Below, in pieces: positions 1 through 12,800 of a stretch of 64,000 nt of DNA. The translations under genes were made by a program, and so were the position numbers. Source of the stretch: Octopus sinensis (lineage: Eukaryota); contig NW_021832829.1 in assembly GCF_006345805.1 (NCBI RefSeq), forward strand, positions 248,001 to 312,000. The letters run 5' to 3'. Within the stretch, counting starts at the first letter, position 1. Every line of letters starts with the position of its first letter. Under the pieces are notes generated by a model. That model did not search any database, was not told the DNA's origin, and was given only the letters and a program-made list of their open reading frames with translations.

Positions 1-1243
1 CGGAAAAGTCATTTCTACTTTGGTCGATGGGAAATCTATGCACGTGCCATACAGAAATTCCAAATTGACGAGAATTTTGCAAGACTCGTTGGGCGGGAAT
101 TCAAAGACCGCGATGATTGCGAACGTGGGCCCCGCAGATTATAACTACGAGGAGACCCTGAATACAATCCGATATGCCAACCAAACAAAAAATATAAAAA
201 ATAAGCCGAGGATCAATGAGGACCCCAAAGATGCTCTTCTCCGTCAATATCAAAATAGCATTGATGAGTTGAGAAAGAAACTGGCTGATTGTAATTTGTG
301 TAAAAATATTATTTAGGCAACGATTCAGGAGATTCGACGTTTAAAAAATCGAGTTTGGTAATTTTAATATCGAAGAATTTTCGAAAACCCAAATTCTCGA
401 AATTCAAGAAGCGATCGATCAGGATCGGCGAACCCTGGAAATGAAAAAGAATATGGCGGAGGAAGAGCGGATAAAAATTCTCAATAATCTTCAAATGAAG
501 GAAAAGGAACTTAGTGTTGCCGAGTTGTCATGCTGACTTGATCTTTTTAGAGACGAACAAAAATTCCTGATGGAAGAATTATCGCAGTTGGAAAGGAAGG
601 TCATTGTGGGGGGAGTCAATCTCATGGAAAAAGCTGAGGAGCAGGAACATTTGTTAGAAGAGAGCGCTCGGAATTTGGAAGAGAAACGAGTCCAGGAAGA
701 GCTTTTAAGAAAGACTTTAATGGCCAAGGAGGTATATATCAGAAATACTATAAAAAAGCAAGAACGATTGGATATTGAAGAAAAGTATTCATGCTTACAA
801 GAGGAAGTCGATTCGAAAACAAGGAAAATTCAAAAGGTCTGGGATTTATTAATGCAAGCAAAATCTGAGGTTTTTTAAATTCAAAAATAGTAGATGGAAG
901 ATATGGAGGCTAATCACAAACGAGATATTGACGAACTAATGGAAAACTGTCGTCAACTTTGTCTTGATACGAAATTCCACATGTTACTGATAGACAGTTA
1001 TATCCCCAAGGAATATCAGGTATTTTGAAATTCTTCGATGGCAGGAATTGATAAACGAAAATTCAAGATGGGACAATGAAATTGGGGAGTGGGTTATCAA
1101 AGGAGTGGCGTATACAGGAAATAATATGCCAAGACAAAAAGAGGATGTAGAGAAAGTTGACAAAATTGTGAGGACTGTGATTTGTATATTTTGAGGGAGC
1201 TGACTTGATGACTAGTGTGTACATGAAGTATCCAAAAAACTGA
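1..1243 (+). CDS. KIF3A: Kinesin-2 motor subunit KIF3A, 5'-partial (motor C-terminus, stalk, tail); multi-exon
   Basis: [46 protein letters not shown] motor motif; stalk [19 protein letters not shown] and [10 protein letters not shown]; tail [16 protein letters not shown], typical of KIF3A. Introns include 291-316, 732-758, 870-893 and 1020-1044. Stop TGA at 1241-1243. Confidence 0.9.
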
Positions 1244-1879
1244 GCCGAAAATGGAAAAAGATGAGAACTAATATTTCACAATTTTTAAAAATAGTTTCTT
1301 CACAATTTGTTTTAATGGTTTTTGGTAGAAAATGTAGATTGTTCTGTCTATTAAATAAGAAGGAAAAACATTTTATAATTTAAAAATAATCTTAAAATAT
1401 TTGCCATGTTGGCTCTTAAAATGTTTCTTTGGAGAATACGAGTGTTACTTCTACTTCCATTTTTCCGTATTCAACAAGATAACTAGGTTCAATGAGTCAG
1501 AGATAAAAAAAAAAGTTGCTGATTTTGCATTCATCAACTGTATGCCATAGTTTAGCAGAAATATATCTTTTTTCCAGTTTCGAGTATTTAATTTCTATCT
1601 TGACTAAAAAAAGTTTTTTTAATTGCAGATTCATAGTGCCCTTCCCAAGATTTCTAATTAGAAAATTAGATAGTTGATATTGTAGGGTTTTCTGGGGTTC
1701 AACGTCGAAAGCGCAAGCATTAATGTTGAAGCTTTAAGCTTTGAAGTTTAAACAAAATATAAGCAAGCATTGACATTTTTCCTTTGATCAAAACAACATT
1801 ATTTAATCATTAGATTCTAATGAGATGGTTGAGCCTGTTTACTGTTAATACTGATGACTTCATTGATATCCAAATAAAG

Positions 1880-2600
1880 TTAAAGCACCTAATTTTTCTA
1901 AAAAATTCAAAATAATTGAAAAACCACTGCATGCTAGCTATACTGCGGGTGAGATTGCTGCCAAAAAGATGAAATCACATACTCTTGCGGAAACTGTTAT
2001 TTTGCCTGCATGCAAAAGATAGCGAAGATAATGTTTTGAGAAATTGCGGCCGCTGAGATCGATTTAATTCCTATTTTAAACACTTCTGTAAACAAACGGA
2101 TCAAGGATATGTTTGATGACATCAAAACCAGTTTGGTTCAGCAAAAAATCTTAATTTATTTGCGCTTCAACAAAATAAAAGCTCAGATATTAAAGAAAGA
2201 ATGCAACTCCTTGTTTTCGTTAGCTATATGGAAGATGAATCCATTGCTGAAGATTTTCTTTGCTGTAAAGAGTTGCTCAAAACAACAAAAAAATGTGACT
2301 TTTTCAATCTTATGACTTCACATTTCGAGTATATAAAGTTGGATTGGAATGACTGTGGGGGTATCTGTACTGATGGTGCTCTAGAAATGACGGGTCATGT
2401 TAAAGGCTTTGCATCTGTTACGAAAAATAAAAATCCGGACTTAATTCACACCCATTGTTTTCTTCATCGTGAGGCATCACTGTACACTGGTATAATTTGG
2501 TGGCTTAATTTATTGATTATGTTCTATTTGACGCTGCCTAAGACTGTTTTTGACCAATAAATACTAATAACAAGAGCCATTATTTTTATCCAATTCAAAT
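1880..2600 (+). mobile_element. Degenerate hAT (Buster/ZBED5-like) transposase fragment
   Basis: KSHTLAETVILPAC, RIKDM, EDFLCCKEL, GICTDGALEMTGHVKGF and HTHCFLHREA motifs, with frameshifts. No TIR pair found. Confidence 0.85.
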
Positions 2601-2659
2601 TTTATTATGTGACATGAGTACCTATAAGGAATGACAGCAAAGCTCCGACAATGTTAGCT

Positions 2660-3590
2660 ACATAATGAAGTATGTTGAAAGTTCGACCTCCCAAGGGAAA
2701 AATAGACTTTAATCTGAAGTCTACCAGACCCTTGATGAGCGAGTCTTATGGTGTCTTTGAAATTCGCACGAAGTTTGACGCGATAGTGTCTTATCTACCA
2801 GATTGGAAAACTACCGGGATTGATAAAGTATTTAATTTCTCTAAAAAACGCTGTACCGGATTGCACGATTGTATGTTCAATATAATCGAGAAATTTATAG
2901 TGTTCACAAATAGTACCCCAAGCTGGCTATATACTGGTGTTACTTATTCACAACCAAAAGTGCCCTGTCTAGCGTCTACGGAAGATTATCGTCGATAACC
3001 TGCATGCTCACCTTATAAAAACTGATGACTGAGTTGGTGTTCAATTAGTTCAGAGGATTTGTTGATGTGAATGGATTTTATTAGAGAATCAGCTCTAAAT
3101 TGTCAGGAATTTCGAGGATTCGAAAGAGCAAGCATTGATAAACAAGTGTCTTTCTAATGCTTACGGAAACTCGCTTATGTCTATGTGAGTGGATGTTAAG
3201 GAATTTGATTCCGCTGCTCTTTGCGTTCTGCCTCGAAAAATTTAGTAAGCTTTTCAATGGCAGACACAAACAACTATCAATAACTAATTGGAGACTTATG
3301 TTTAGCACAAACCAAATCGTGATTATTGACAACGTGAAGCTGTTCGCTCAGTCTTCAGAGCAACTCTACTTTATGAGAAAGTGTATGAGCGAATTCTTGG
3401 GACAAATAGGATTGAAACTAAATTTATCCAAGTCGGCGACTAATTCGTAATTGTGTGACGTTTTGTTCAAAGTTTTAGAGGATCACGAGGATTAGAAGTA
3501 CTTTGGGGTTACATAAAGCCAAAAATCGCTCATACTCCCTAAAACCAAGATCCAAGTGCGAAACTGGGCAGCAATGCTATATAAAACTAG
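2660..3590 (+). mobile_element. Degenerate non-LTR reverse transcriptase, R4/Dong-like
   Basis: WKTTGIDKVFNF...PSWLYTGVTYSQPK...EDYR resembles WKAPGPD...P.WL..G.T.LIPK...YRPI. NQIVIIDNVKLFA...IGLKLNLSKSATN is a decayed HLLxxDDLKL motif. Stops and frameshifts are present. Confidence 0.7.
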
Positions 3591-4134
3591 TTTTATTTGA
3601 CAGTGCCTGATACTGTTTTGACTGATGAATACTTTTAAAATTTAAATAGAGGGAAAGTCGTTATGTCTTTTTCAGAAAATGTTACTGACAATTTTGAGAA
3701 GGAACTTTTTGGCTACCCACGGCACGGCCGATTTTTTACTCTAGAAATAAATTGACTAAACTAAATTAACCCAAATAAATCTGAAATACTTTAGACTATT
3801 TTTTTTAATCGGTCAAAGGTGTGGTCAAAAAAGGTCCCTACAGATTTTCTTTTAATATCTTTGAAATACCGTTTTTAGTGGATTCTACAACAATTTTTTA
3901 GACTGGGGACCACTTGTGCATTATAAAATTTTGTGGAGACCACATTAAATAAAATAATTTTTTTAATACTAGCGCACAATTTTTGCCCTCGTCAGTGGCA
4001 GGTTTAGACATGTTTGGCTATTTATTATATAAAAATAACATGAAAATTGTAAAAATAACAGACAATCTAGCAGTAATTCAGTGAGATTTCTGATCTTGTT
4101 TGTTCAGAATAATTTTACTTATGTCAGGGTCTAC

Positions 4135-4242
4135 ATGGTCATACTATTGGATGGTCATACTATTAAATATTATGACAAAAAATTTCTTGAAAATGGTCAT
4201 ACTATTTTTTATGGTCGCACTATTTGAAGTGGTCACAGTATT
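4135..4242. repeat. Cluster of five 14-bp motifs (ATGGTCATACTATT and variants)
   Basis: Copies start at about 4135, 4151, 4193, 4211 and 4229; the last two are degenerate. Confidence 0.8.
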
Positions 4243-4572
4243 AAGAGTTATCTTTTTGTTAAATGATAAACTAACACATCAAAAGATGCTAGGGTATTGA
4301 TTGATCTGAGTTCCTTGATAATGAGACAGGTCCAGCGTGACGATAATATAAATATCGACCTTTACAAAATTCTCAATAATTTGCTTGAAATTTAGTACAA
4401 GTTGAAATACGAAGGGATTTTCTTTAGAATCTTATATTTTCGGATGCATTGGATAAATATCTTGTCATAAATATACAGCAATTAGAGAGTCCATTATATT
4501 TAATTTATATAGTACATTGCCTGTTCATTTGATAATTTGTAAAATATTTATTAAATTTGGAAGGAAATAATT

Positions 4573-6202
4573 TTACGAGAAATGTCTTCACTATCTCCAA
4601 GTAGGGAGCCGAGTTTGTTGGCATTCCTCCATGTTTCGCCAATTCTGGTGTCCATTCGTTTTATCTCCGTCAATTCAGTTTTGGAAGTGTTAATTATCAG
4701 AAACCATTTGTTAAGTACCCGTGGGGAATTGTTTAGTAGATGAATTAGATCATCTATGTTGTCCGAGGCAAAGTCCACATCGTCGGCATATACAATTTCG
4801 GTAATAGAATCATTATAGAAAGTTCTCAAATCTCTCAAGGCGGCTTCCAGATAGATTACAAATAGCAGGGGGGAGAGAGAGTCTCCCTGAGGCGTGCCGA
4901 CATTCGTTTTGAACCGCCTGGAGAAGACTGACCCAATACGAACAGAAAGTTCTGTCTTAGCAAGTAGTAATCGTATCATTCTCACTTCATCCACCTCTAG
5001 GAAGCTTTCCAGAACCCCGATGAGTAGGTCATGACGGACACAGTCAAAAACCTTTGACATATCAATACCAAGGATAGCCGTAGCTTTTTTAAATTTTTGC
5101 TGGACAGCGGAGCGCCATCTGTGACTCCAGACTATATCGGCTGTGGATCTTCCAGCCCTGAATCCACTGTGACTGGGGGAGAGATATTCATTAACAGTGT
5201 CCGCATTCAGAGGGCAGCAGAATAAGGCGATAGTCCCCATAGACTTGCTCATCCCCTAGTTTCACTTTGGTTTCTTGTAGACATCCAACCGAGATCCTGT
5301 ATTTCTTCATGTCTTCACATAGTGCATGTTGTTTCCAAGTCGATTTAAGGCCTCTTACATTGAAAGACATAATAATAGTTCGTATGATTGTTTTGCTTGT
5401 GTTATATCAGACATTGTGCAATAGAGGGTTGTCACCACCTACTGCGGCTCTGAGCAGAATACGTAAAAAATGGCTCCAAGCTTGGCCGATAAATCGGGCT
5501 CTCAGATCAAGGCTTTATAATGCATTCGTAAAGCCTGTTCTACTATACAACTTGTCAACATGGGGGATCTCGGACACTGAACTGAAGACTATAGACTCTT
5601 TTCACCGTAAACAACTACGTCTCTTACACAGAATACACTGGCCATCAAAAATTAACAATCGATCTCTGTATAAACATTACGATGCTACGCCGTTGTCTCA
5701 AGAAATCCTTGGAGGCCGGTGGAAATTATTTGGCCATATTTTGCGAATGGACCCCAGAGCTCCGGCCAATCGGGCAATGGACGATTATTTCTCCGAACAT
5801 GGAGACAAATATCGTGGAAGACCTAGACCCACTCTTCCGGCAGTTCTGGAGAGGGATCTCAAACTTCATGGCAAAAGTTTCAAAAACTGGGACGACCTAG
5901 AATCTTTGCGGGATCTCGCCCGCAACAGAGGGGCATGGACAAGGATGGTCCAGAAGATTGTTTCGCTTGTGACACGTGTGGGATTTTTTTTTTTTTGAAT
6001 TTAAAGACTTTACTAAAATGGGGAATAAGTTATACACGAATTAATAAAGAGCCTGGAGGTCAGCTCAAAGTTGCCGCACTGCGTATCGAGTGGCAGTTTC
6101 CGCGGAGCACTGCGACCGAGATTCGCTGGAAGAGCCAGCTCGTCTCCCTCACGTGTGGGATTATAACTTTGTTTATGTTCCTACGGAATGTGTTATAATA
6201 AT
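4573..6202. mobile_element. RTE-type LINE copy with inverted 5' part, internal deletion and 12-bp TSD
   Basis: Minus strand, about 5436 to 4573: APE start (SFNVRGL...LQETK) joined to RT (SGFRAGRSTAD, IDMSKVFD, GTPQGDSLSPLLF, YADD). Plus strand, about 5437-6165: RT C-terminal region (KPVLLYNLSTW, RWKLFGHILRM, RGRPR), then a (TAA)n tail. AAGGAAATAATT at 4561-4572 and 6203-6214. Confidence 0.85.
5986..6149 (-). mobile_element. 5'-truncated CRE-like non-LTR copy with poly(A) tail
   Basis: Minus strand encodes ETSWLFQRISVAVLRGN. T-run at about 5984-5996 is the poly(A). Flanked by the direct repeat CACGTGTGGGATT at 5973-5985 and 6150-6162. Confidence 0.85.
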
Positions 6203-6779
6203 AAGGAAATAATTAGTGCTCATTTTTGTTGTTTGTCAATTAAAAACATAACAGATCAAAGTTTATTTACTAATTAAATCTTGGAGGGTCGCTTTTCTTG
6301 AATAAACAATATTATTTGTAACTCAGAAAAGTCACAGAATGACTTCCAGACTGAGAGAGGTGGTCAATTTATAAATTTAGAGCTTGCAATTAAGATTCTT
6401 TGAATTAATCTCCTATAAATGTTTTCCAAAAAATACTGCTAAAATGAATTTGGTCTGAAAAAAAGAATGATAGCATTCCATTTGAAAAGCCATGTATTGA
6501 TTTGAATAGCACTTGTATCAATTCATTTTCTTCGATCAATGTCAGTCATCGTAGTGCATAGATAATCTCCACATAAGTATTACTAATCTGGATTTACTAA
6601 ACTACAAGATTGCAAAAATAGAGTACAAATTACCTAGTCTCATTTCAGCTCATTTATTAATATTTTTATTAAATTTACATAGTCTATAACGAAAAAACAA
6701 AGAAATAGAAAAAAGCGCTATAAATAATTCAAAGAAACAACTAAAAATTTTTTCGGATATACTCAAAAGACAATTTGAA

Positions 6780-7712
6780 TTAATCAGTTCGTTCATAATC
6801 GACCATAAACAATGCTTCGTTACAATAATAAACACTGCCAAGATTACAGCTGTTTTGGCAAGTAAACACAAACAATCCTCCAAATTCAAGCATCCTCCAC
6901 ACCTCCTGACCTTTCAAATAGTTGATCGCCTGGGACATAACTTGAAACTCAAATTCTCGTGGGCCTCCACACAATTCACATCTCGGAATTACGTCTTGGT
7001 CAATTCGCCTTGCAGAAATCCAAAGGGGATTCCCAGGCGAATATCGAACTACTTGAGAAGGCTGGGAGTTGATCCTCCTGCAAAGACGTAAATAATCCCC
7101 GTTGTGTTTTGCGAACCCTCTCGCCTCTAAAAATAAAAACTGACAAAAAAATGACCGTTCATCTCATCTTCCTGGTAGTCACTATCATTAGAGGAGTCAG
7201 ACTGAGATGGAATATCTTCTTGGACGACGTCAATGTAATGCTCGTCAAATGCGACATCCAAATGAGAGATCTATCGGTTTTGGGTATCATAAAACTTGTT
7301 TCTTGTATAAACCTGCAAATATTTCCAAATACGATTCTTTTATGTTCGAGGAAATGCCTGTTGGGGGGTCATAACTGTAATAATGATTAGAGCGTGGAAG
7401 TTGGCATCGGAAGACATGTGAATATCCATTAGTTTTAGAGCAATAAGTAAGGTTTGAACAGAGAAAAATGTAAATTGTGCGATGAAATGAGTGCTCGTCT
7501 CTAGGTGCATACATTTGAGCAATGAAGCGACATTTTGCTGAGCAGGAAGGGCATAGTAATCTTTCGGGACTTGGAATTTTTACTGGAACCATCCATGCAG
7601 GATTACCTCCAAGTTTACTTGGAAAATGATTTGAACGAAATTTTATATCCCTTTCTGAAGGAGTAAGGTAGGAAACAATTCCAACATCGACGTATTCATC
7701 ACATTTATTCAT
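6780..7712 (-). CDS. PDCD2: Programmed cell death protein 2 (Tsr4/PDCD2 family, uS5 chaperone)
   Basis: FPSKLGGNPAW, CPSC...FIAQMYAP, FHRTIYIFLC and VFRCQLPRSNHYYSYDPP N-domain; C-domain CGGPREFEFQVM...LEFGGLFVFTC. Short introns. Confidence 0.85.
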
Positions 7713-8388
7713 AAAAAATAAATTAATATTTTTTTTATATTAGTAAAAGATGCACGATCTCAAATCCATATTCCATCTAAATTTAATAAAAATAGCAGGA
7801 GGAATTATTATGTAAACTCGTAAAGAATAATTTTGATTAAAGAAATTAATTTTTGCAAATTATTTACGCTCTTCCAGTTTTTGGTGCAGTTTCCTATAAC
7901 ATTTTATTAACTCCATTTCCACAATATCGGGTCTATGTACATATTGGTGTATTCACTATGGGTTAAAGTTCTCAGAAGCCGATTGAACTCTGAGTTCAAA
8001 ATGTTCTGGACTGGACCAAGCCGATCATGTTGCATATCAAAATGTAAGGACTCCACCACTTCATTATTTTTACAGGTGTAATCATGGTAAATCATACTTT
8101 TGCATTTTTGGTGATGGTCAACGTTCATGCATTACTTTTACAGAGTTTGCGTTATAGATCATAACAAAAATTTCTATCCTGGCAATATTAATTTTTTGAT
8201 GTGAGTGTTGTTCATACATTTCAGTCACGTGATGACGACGATATTGTGTAAAAATTAATCAGTAACTAATTTGCGGTTTCTACATAAGAATTTTTGTCGT
8301 ATGGTTTATATATTATTAATTGTTTTAGCTTGATTACGGATTAAAGTGATAGGGAATTATTCAATTAACGAGAAATATAAAGTCTGAG

Positions 8389-9550
8389 ATGGCAAATGAT
8401 AATGCAGTTGAAGACGTCCATTCTTTTAGAAAATACTCAAAAGGAAATTTAAGGTGTCAATTATGTAATACGTCCTTTTAGATGCCAGTTTGGGAATTGC
8501 CGAAATGCTAGAAATTGGAAAGCCGCAAGACGTCTTCGTCGTTTTTTCGAACTTTTTAATAACTGTGACAAATTCCAAAAAGAATCTTGCTACATTTATT
8601 TCAGTTGTCGTGGTTATCATATTTTTAGAGATTCCGAATGACTGTCAGCACTGCTGTTTATCCTGTTGGCTGAAGTTACTTAAATTTATTCAGACTATTA
8701 ACAAAATAAGTTGCATTTTATATATCATATACAATTTTTAGAAACGACGAACAAAAATCCATCACAGGAGCATACAGAAGATTTCACAAAAAAAGAAAAA
8801 GTGGATAAAAACAACGAATCTTATTTGAAACAAAATAGTTTGTTTCGGATTATATTCAGCTTCAGTTCCTCGGTCTTCAATAAATACTTCAGGTCTTGAT
8901 CATCATGGTTGGAACCACCCTGGTTGATTGTTTTAATTAACATATAATATGCAGTAAAAATTTCAGTATCAGAATATGGAATTTACAACAAATTTTCATA
9001 TTCTCCCTATCACCCTTTTCCATCTTCATATATCATAGGAATGCCATCTTATTTTTTCAATTTTTGGAATTATTACAATCACGGATTGTGTGACGTATTC
9101 ATTTTTCCTTTCCCATTTTTCAGAATTTCAATCAATCGAATGTGAATAATGTTTATCTAGAAAGTAATTCATTTTTATTTCATATAGAAGGGACTTCATT
9201 TATTCATCAGAACATGCAAAAGTCATTTTGGTTATCTTCTGTCTACCATAATTACTAGTACATCTCTGAATTTTCCAAGCACAACGATTAACAATATTTA
9301 TACAAGCCAAGTTCTATTCTAATTGGTTTTTAGACAACCGCAATTAACACGAAGGATCAGGAACATTTTTCTAGAGAATTCATTAAACCAAGTACAACAG
9401 TTAAAGATTCACGAGATACAATAACGGAACAAAAATCGGAACCAAATGATGACATCGAGATCAGAAGCAATTTGTATAATGTCATCAAATCCACCGTCGA
9501 AAATTTTGGTGATATGATAGACATCAATTTTCACAATTTTAATTCGTAAT
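8389..9550 (+). CDS. Unidentified multi-exon Cys-rich protein
   Basis: ATG at 8389. Removing tiny GT-AG introns gives ...RCQFGNCRN...CDKFQKESCYIYFSC...NDCQHCCLSCWLKLL. The 3' end is uncertain. Confidence 0.45.
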
Positions 9551-9850
9551 TATAAAATATATTTTTAAGTTTTTGCAAAAACAAAATGAAAACTGAATTT
9601 TTCTCACGTCCTGATTTGTCAAAAGATCGGCATGTGTAAAAAAATCGTCAATATTATTAAAATTAACATTTTATTTGACGTTATTTAAATTAATCAAATG
9701 TCAAAAAAGTAAAAATCATATAGTAAATCCCAAAAACTTGTTTTTATTAAAAATAAACTAAATAATAATAATTTAATAACAATTAAAAAATAATAAAATT
9801 AGTGATATCTCAAGGATTAAATTTGTTGCCTCGATACTAATAATTCGCTA

Positions 9851-12800
9851 ATGAAGTTTGAGGGACTGATTTCATTTAATTTAGTAACTACGACAGCTTA
9901 TTTGATCCAAACATGGCGTCTTATTTTTCAAGCCCAGTTGTACGTGATAATCTTCGCAAAGCTGGCTTTGTAAATTTGAATTCATTTATTTCCAGATTAC
10001 AAAAAAAGGGAAAATTATTTTACCAGAAAAAGTTAAAAATTGTCACGGATACAAACTTAAACATCAAATATCCGACGAAATTGTCACTTACGGTTCGACT
10101 CTTTACTCTCGTCCTAGAGAGGGACGGGTTTTATTTTTTGAAATAAACAAACAGAAAAGTAAAGAAGATCCCGGTTATTATCTTCCAAATCTGCGGAGTC
10201 CGACTCTTTTATTAGGTTTATCCGCCTACATTCAAGAATTTTCTGCAAAAAATGTAAAAAAATTAGCAAGTGACACAAAGACTTCAAATAAATGCCGGGA
10301 GAGCCCAGTTTTATCTTATCAGCTAAAATCTTCAAAAATTAAGTCACAAAGTGACACGTGGTCAAAAAGTCAATCGTTTTGTGAAATCAAATTGAAATTT
10401 CTTGGAATGAAAAAAGGCGCATCTCAAACCTTCCAAAATGCGTTCATATCTATAAGGCAGCAGCACTGTGGGGGCAACACCCTACCAATATTTGATAATT
10501 ACGTTTCCGTTGGGGGTGAAAATGAAATTTTAATTCATAGAAGTTTTAAAGTTTTCTTCTCGACGGAACTTTTCATTTCCACTGGGACTAACCATAAATA
10601 TAAACAGAATAATGGTATGCAGACTGAGTGGATGTTGCGAGTACAAATACAAGATAGGAACTCTGATAGGTGGGAAAATATTTAAAATCGTGTCCATTGA
10701 GAAAGGTCTTCCATGTTTAGCGTGAGAATTAATCGAATGTACTTTAATCAGATGTCAAATCAAATTGAAAAATAAGATGAAATCTTTTGATGACAGGTTC
10801 GGAAATTTCAAAAACATAAACAAATACTGTCGAGTGCTTGCCAACGAAAATAATAATCAACCACGTATTTCCGTTTCTGACTAAACAAGTAGGCTCCATC
10901 GAGTCAAGCCAAAGTAATACAACAAAAAGTTCTTTTGTTGACGTCAATTCAATTAATGAAGAATCAGTTATTCTATTTCTCTAATCAATTTAGTTTAATG
11001 AAAATTCAACGAAAATGGAAATCTCTTCTGAAATTCCACAAAATAATGTTTCTTTAGTAAAATCTGAAGGTAGATGCTGATAATTTAAATTTGCAGAGTC
11101 CCCTAGGATACATGAGAAAGAAAATGTCATTCAAAATGTTCAAAAAGTTGGACCTCAGTTTTTAAAAATTAAGGCCAAAAGCACATCGAGTTTTAACTCG
11201 GACAGTACAAAAAAAAGTATTTCTAGATTAATAAAATTAGTCGCAAAACAATCTAAACAGTACACACAAATTGACGTAATAACTGCCATTGTCATTAAAT
11301 TAAGCCTCAAATAATAAGAAAATACTCAAAAAGTCCTGAGAGTCGTCTGAAGACATCAAGCCAAAAAAGAAGTACAAACAAGGTTGAAGACAGTATAAGA
11401 AGTATTTCAAATTCAAAAAAATGTTCCAATTTATATGGGAATATTTCTAGCGTCACTGAATAAAAATATTTCGAGTTCTCCAAAACATTCGAGCAATCTG
11501 CAAATCACTCGCTCACATAACACAAAGGCACGAGTATTAATTATAACATATTTAATAAATTGTAGAAAAAATCTGCAGATATTTCGGGTAACTTAAGCAT
11601 GATTATCAAATAGTGATATCAACAAGAAGTGACTTTGAAAAAATTGTAAATTCTTTTCGTTTATAATATTTAGAATGCTTCAAGTGGGAAAATGGGTTTT
11701 CTGATTTAATGCTAAATAGTATGATTGTAGAGTCAGGATCCTTTAAATTAAAAAAGGAGCTGAAAAATAATGTGACATTGGGAAGTTCAAATGATACCCA
11801 GCCAACACAAGAACCGAAGAAAAGTGCATGCGTAAAAAAACTTAATTTTATATGTTTTAAGCTTTACGTGCGCCGTCAAAAAAACTTTGGTAGTCTTTAG
11901 TCCATGCTGAATTTTTACAGATCCCGATTCTGAAATTCAGAAAAAAGGCACGAAGAGCAAAAATAAAAAACATTATACTGAAAGTTCGATTTACAGTGAA
12001 AGTATGAGTTTCCACGACGTTTCAATACAAGTAATCTCAATCTATAAATTTTAGGAAGAAAAATGTGATTTAGAAGATGAAAGTATTAAACATTCAATTC
12101 ATATTTCTAGCTAAAAATTTGAAACATACTACAAAAAATTCTCAGTGCAGCAATAAAGAATACAAGTTTATAAAATCCAGAGATGAACTTACAGAAGGTT
12201 TAAATTGAGTAATAGCCCAGACAACATTTTAATCGAAGAAAACAAGGAATTATCACCTGCACTTGATTGCGAGTCAATGGAGCGGAAATCTGTCAATATT
12301 TTATTTGAAATGAATCTTTAGACAGAATCTGTAGTATTTACCAAACCAGTTGTCGAAAAGAATCTTCCGGAGGATCGAGAATTTTCTGAAATAGCAATAG
12401 TAGAAGATTCTCAATTCCTGGTCAATTATTATTAAAATTATTAGTAAGACTGGACTTTCAGATTTTAACAAAAAAGGTTTTATATATTTTAGTTTAAAGT
12501 AAAAGCAAAGATTAAGCGAGAAAATTCATTCGAATCAAGTATGTAAATTTAAACCAAATAGATGAAAAACTCGAAAGTCACATCTCTGAGTTACAAACTG
12601 AAGAAAATAATGAAATATTTCCTGAAAAAATGACTCAATTAGATCCTCATCAAAATTTAGTTTATAATAAGGAACAAAACTATACAACACAAATACAAAA
12701 TACAGATCACGAGGATAGTTCTGTACAAGGCAAAGAAGAAGTAGAAAAAAAATTGGTTAATTTGAAGCATTAATTTGAAGTCTGAAACTTGGTCTGTACA

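Noticed and set aside
6330-6660. Possible extra small gene downstream of PDCD2 on the minus strand
   Set aside because: The best frame contains an internal TGA, and no consistent splice model or family motif was found.
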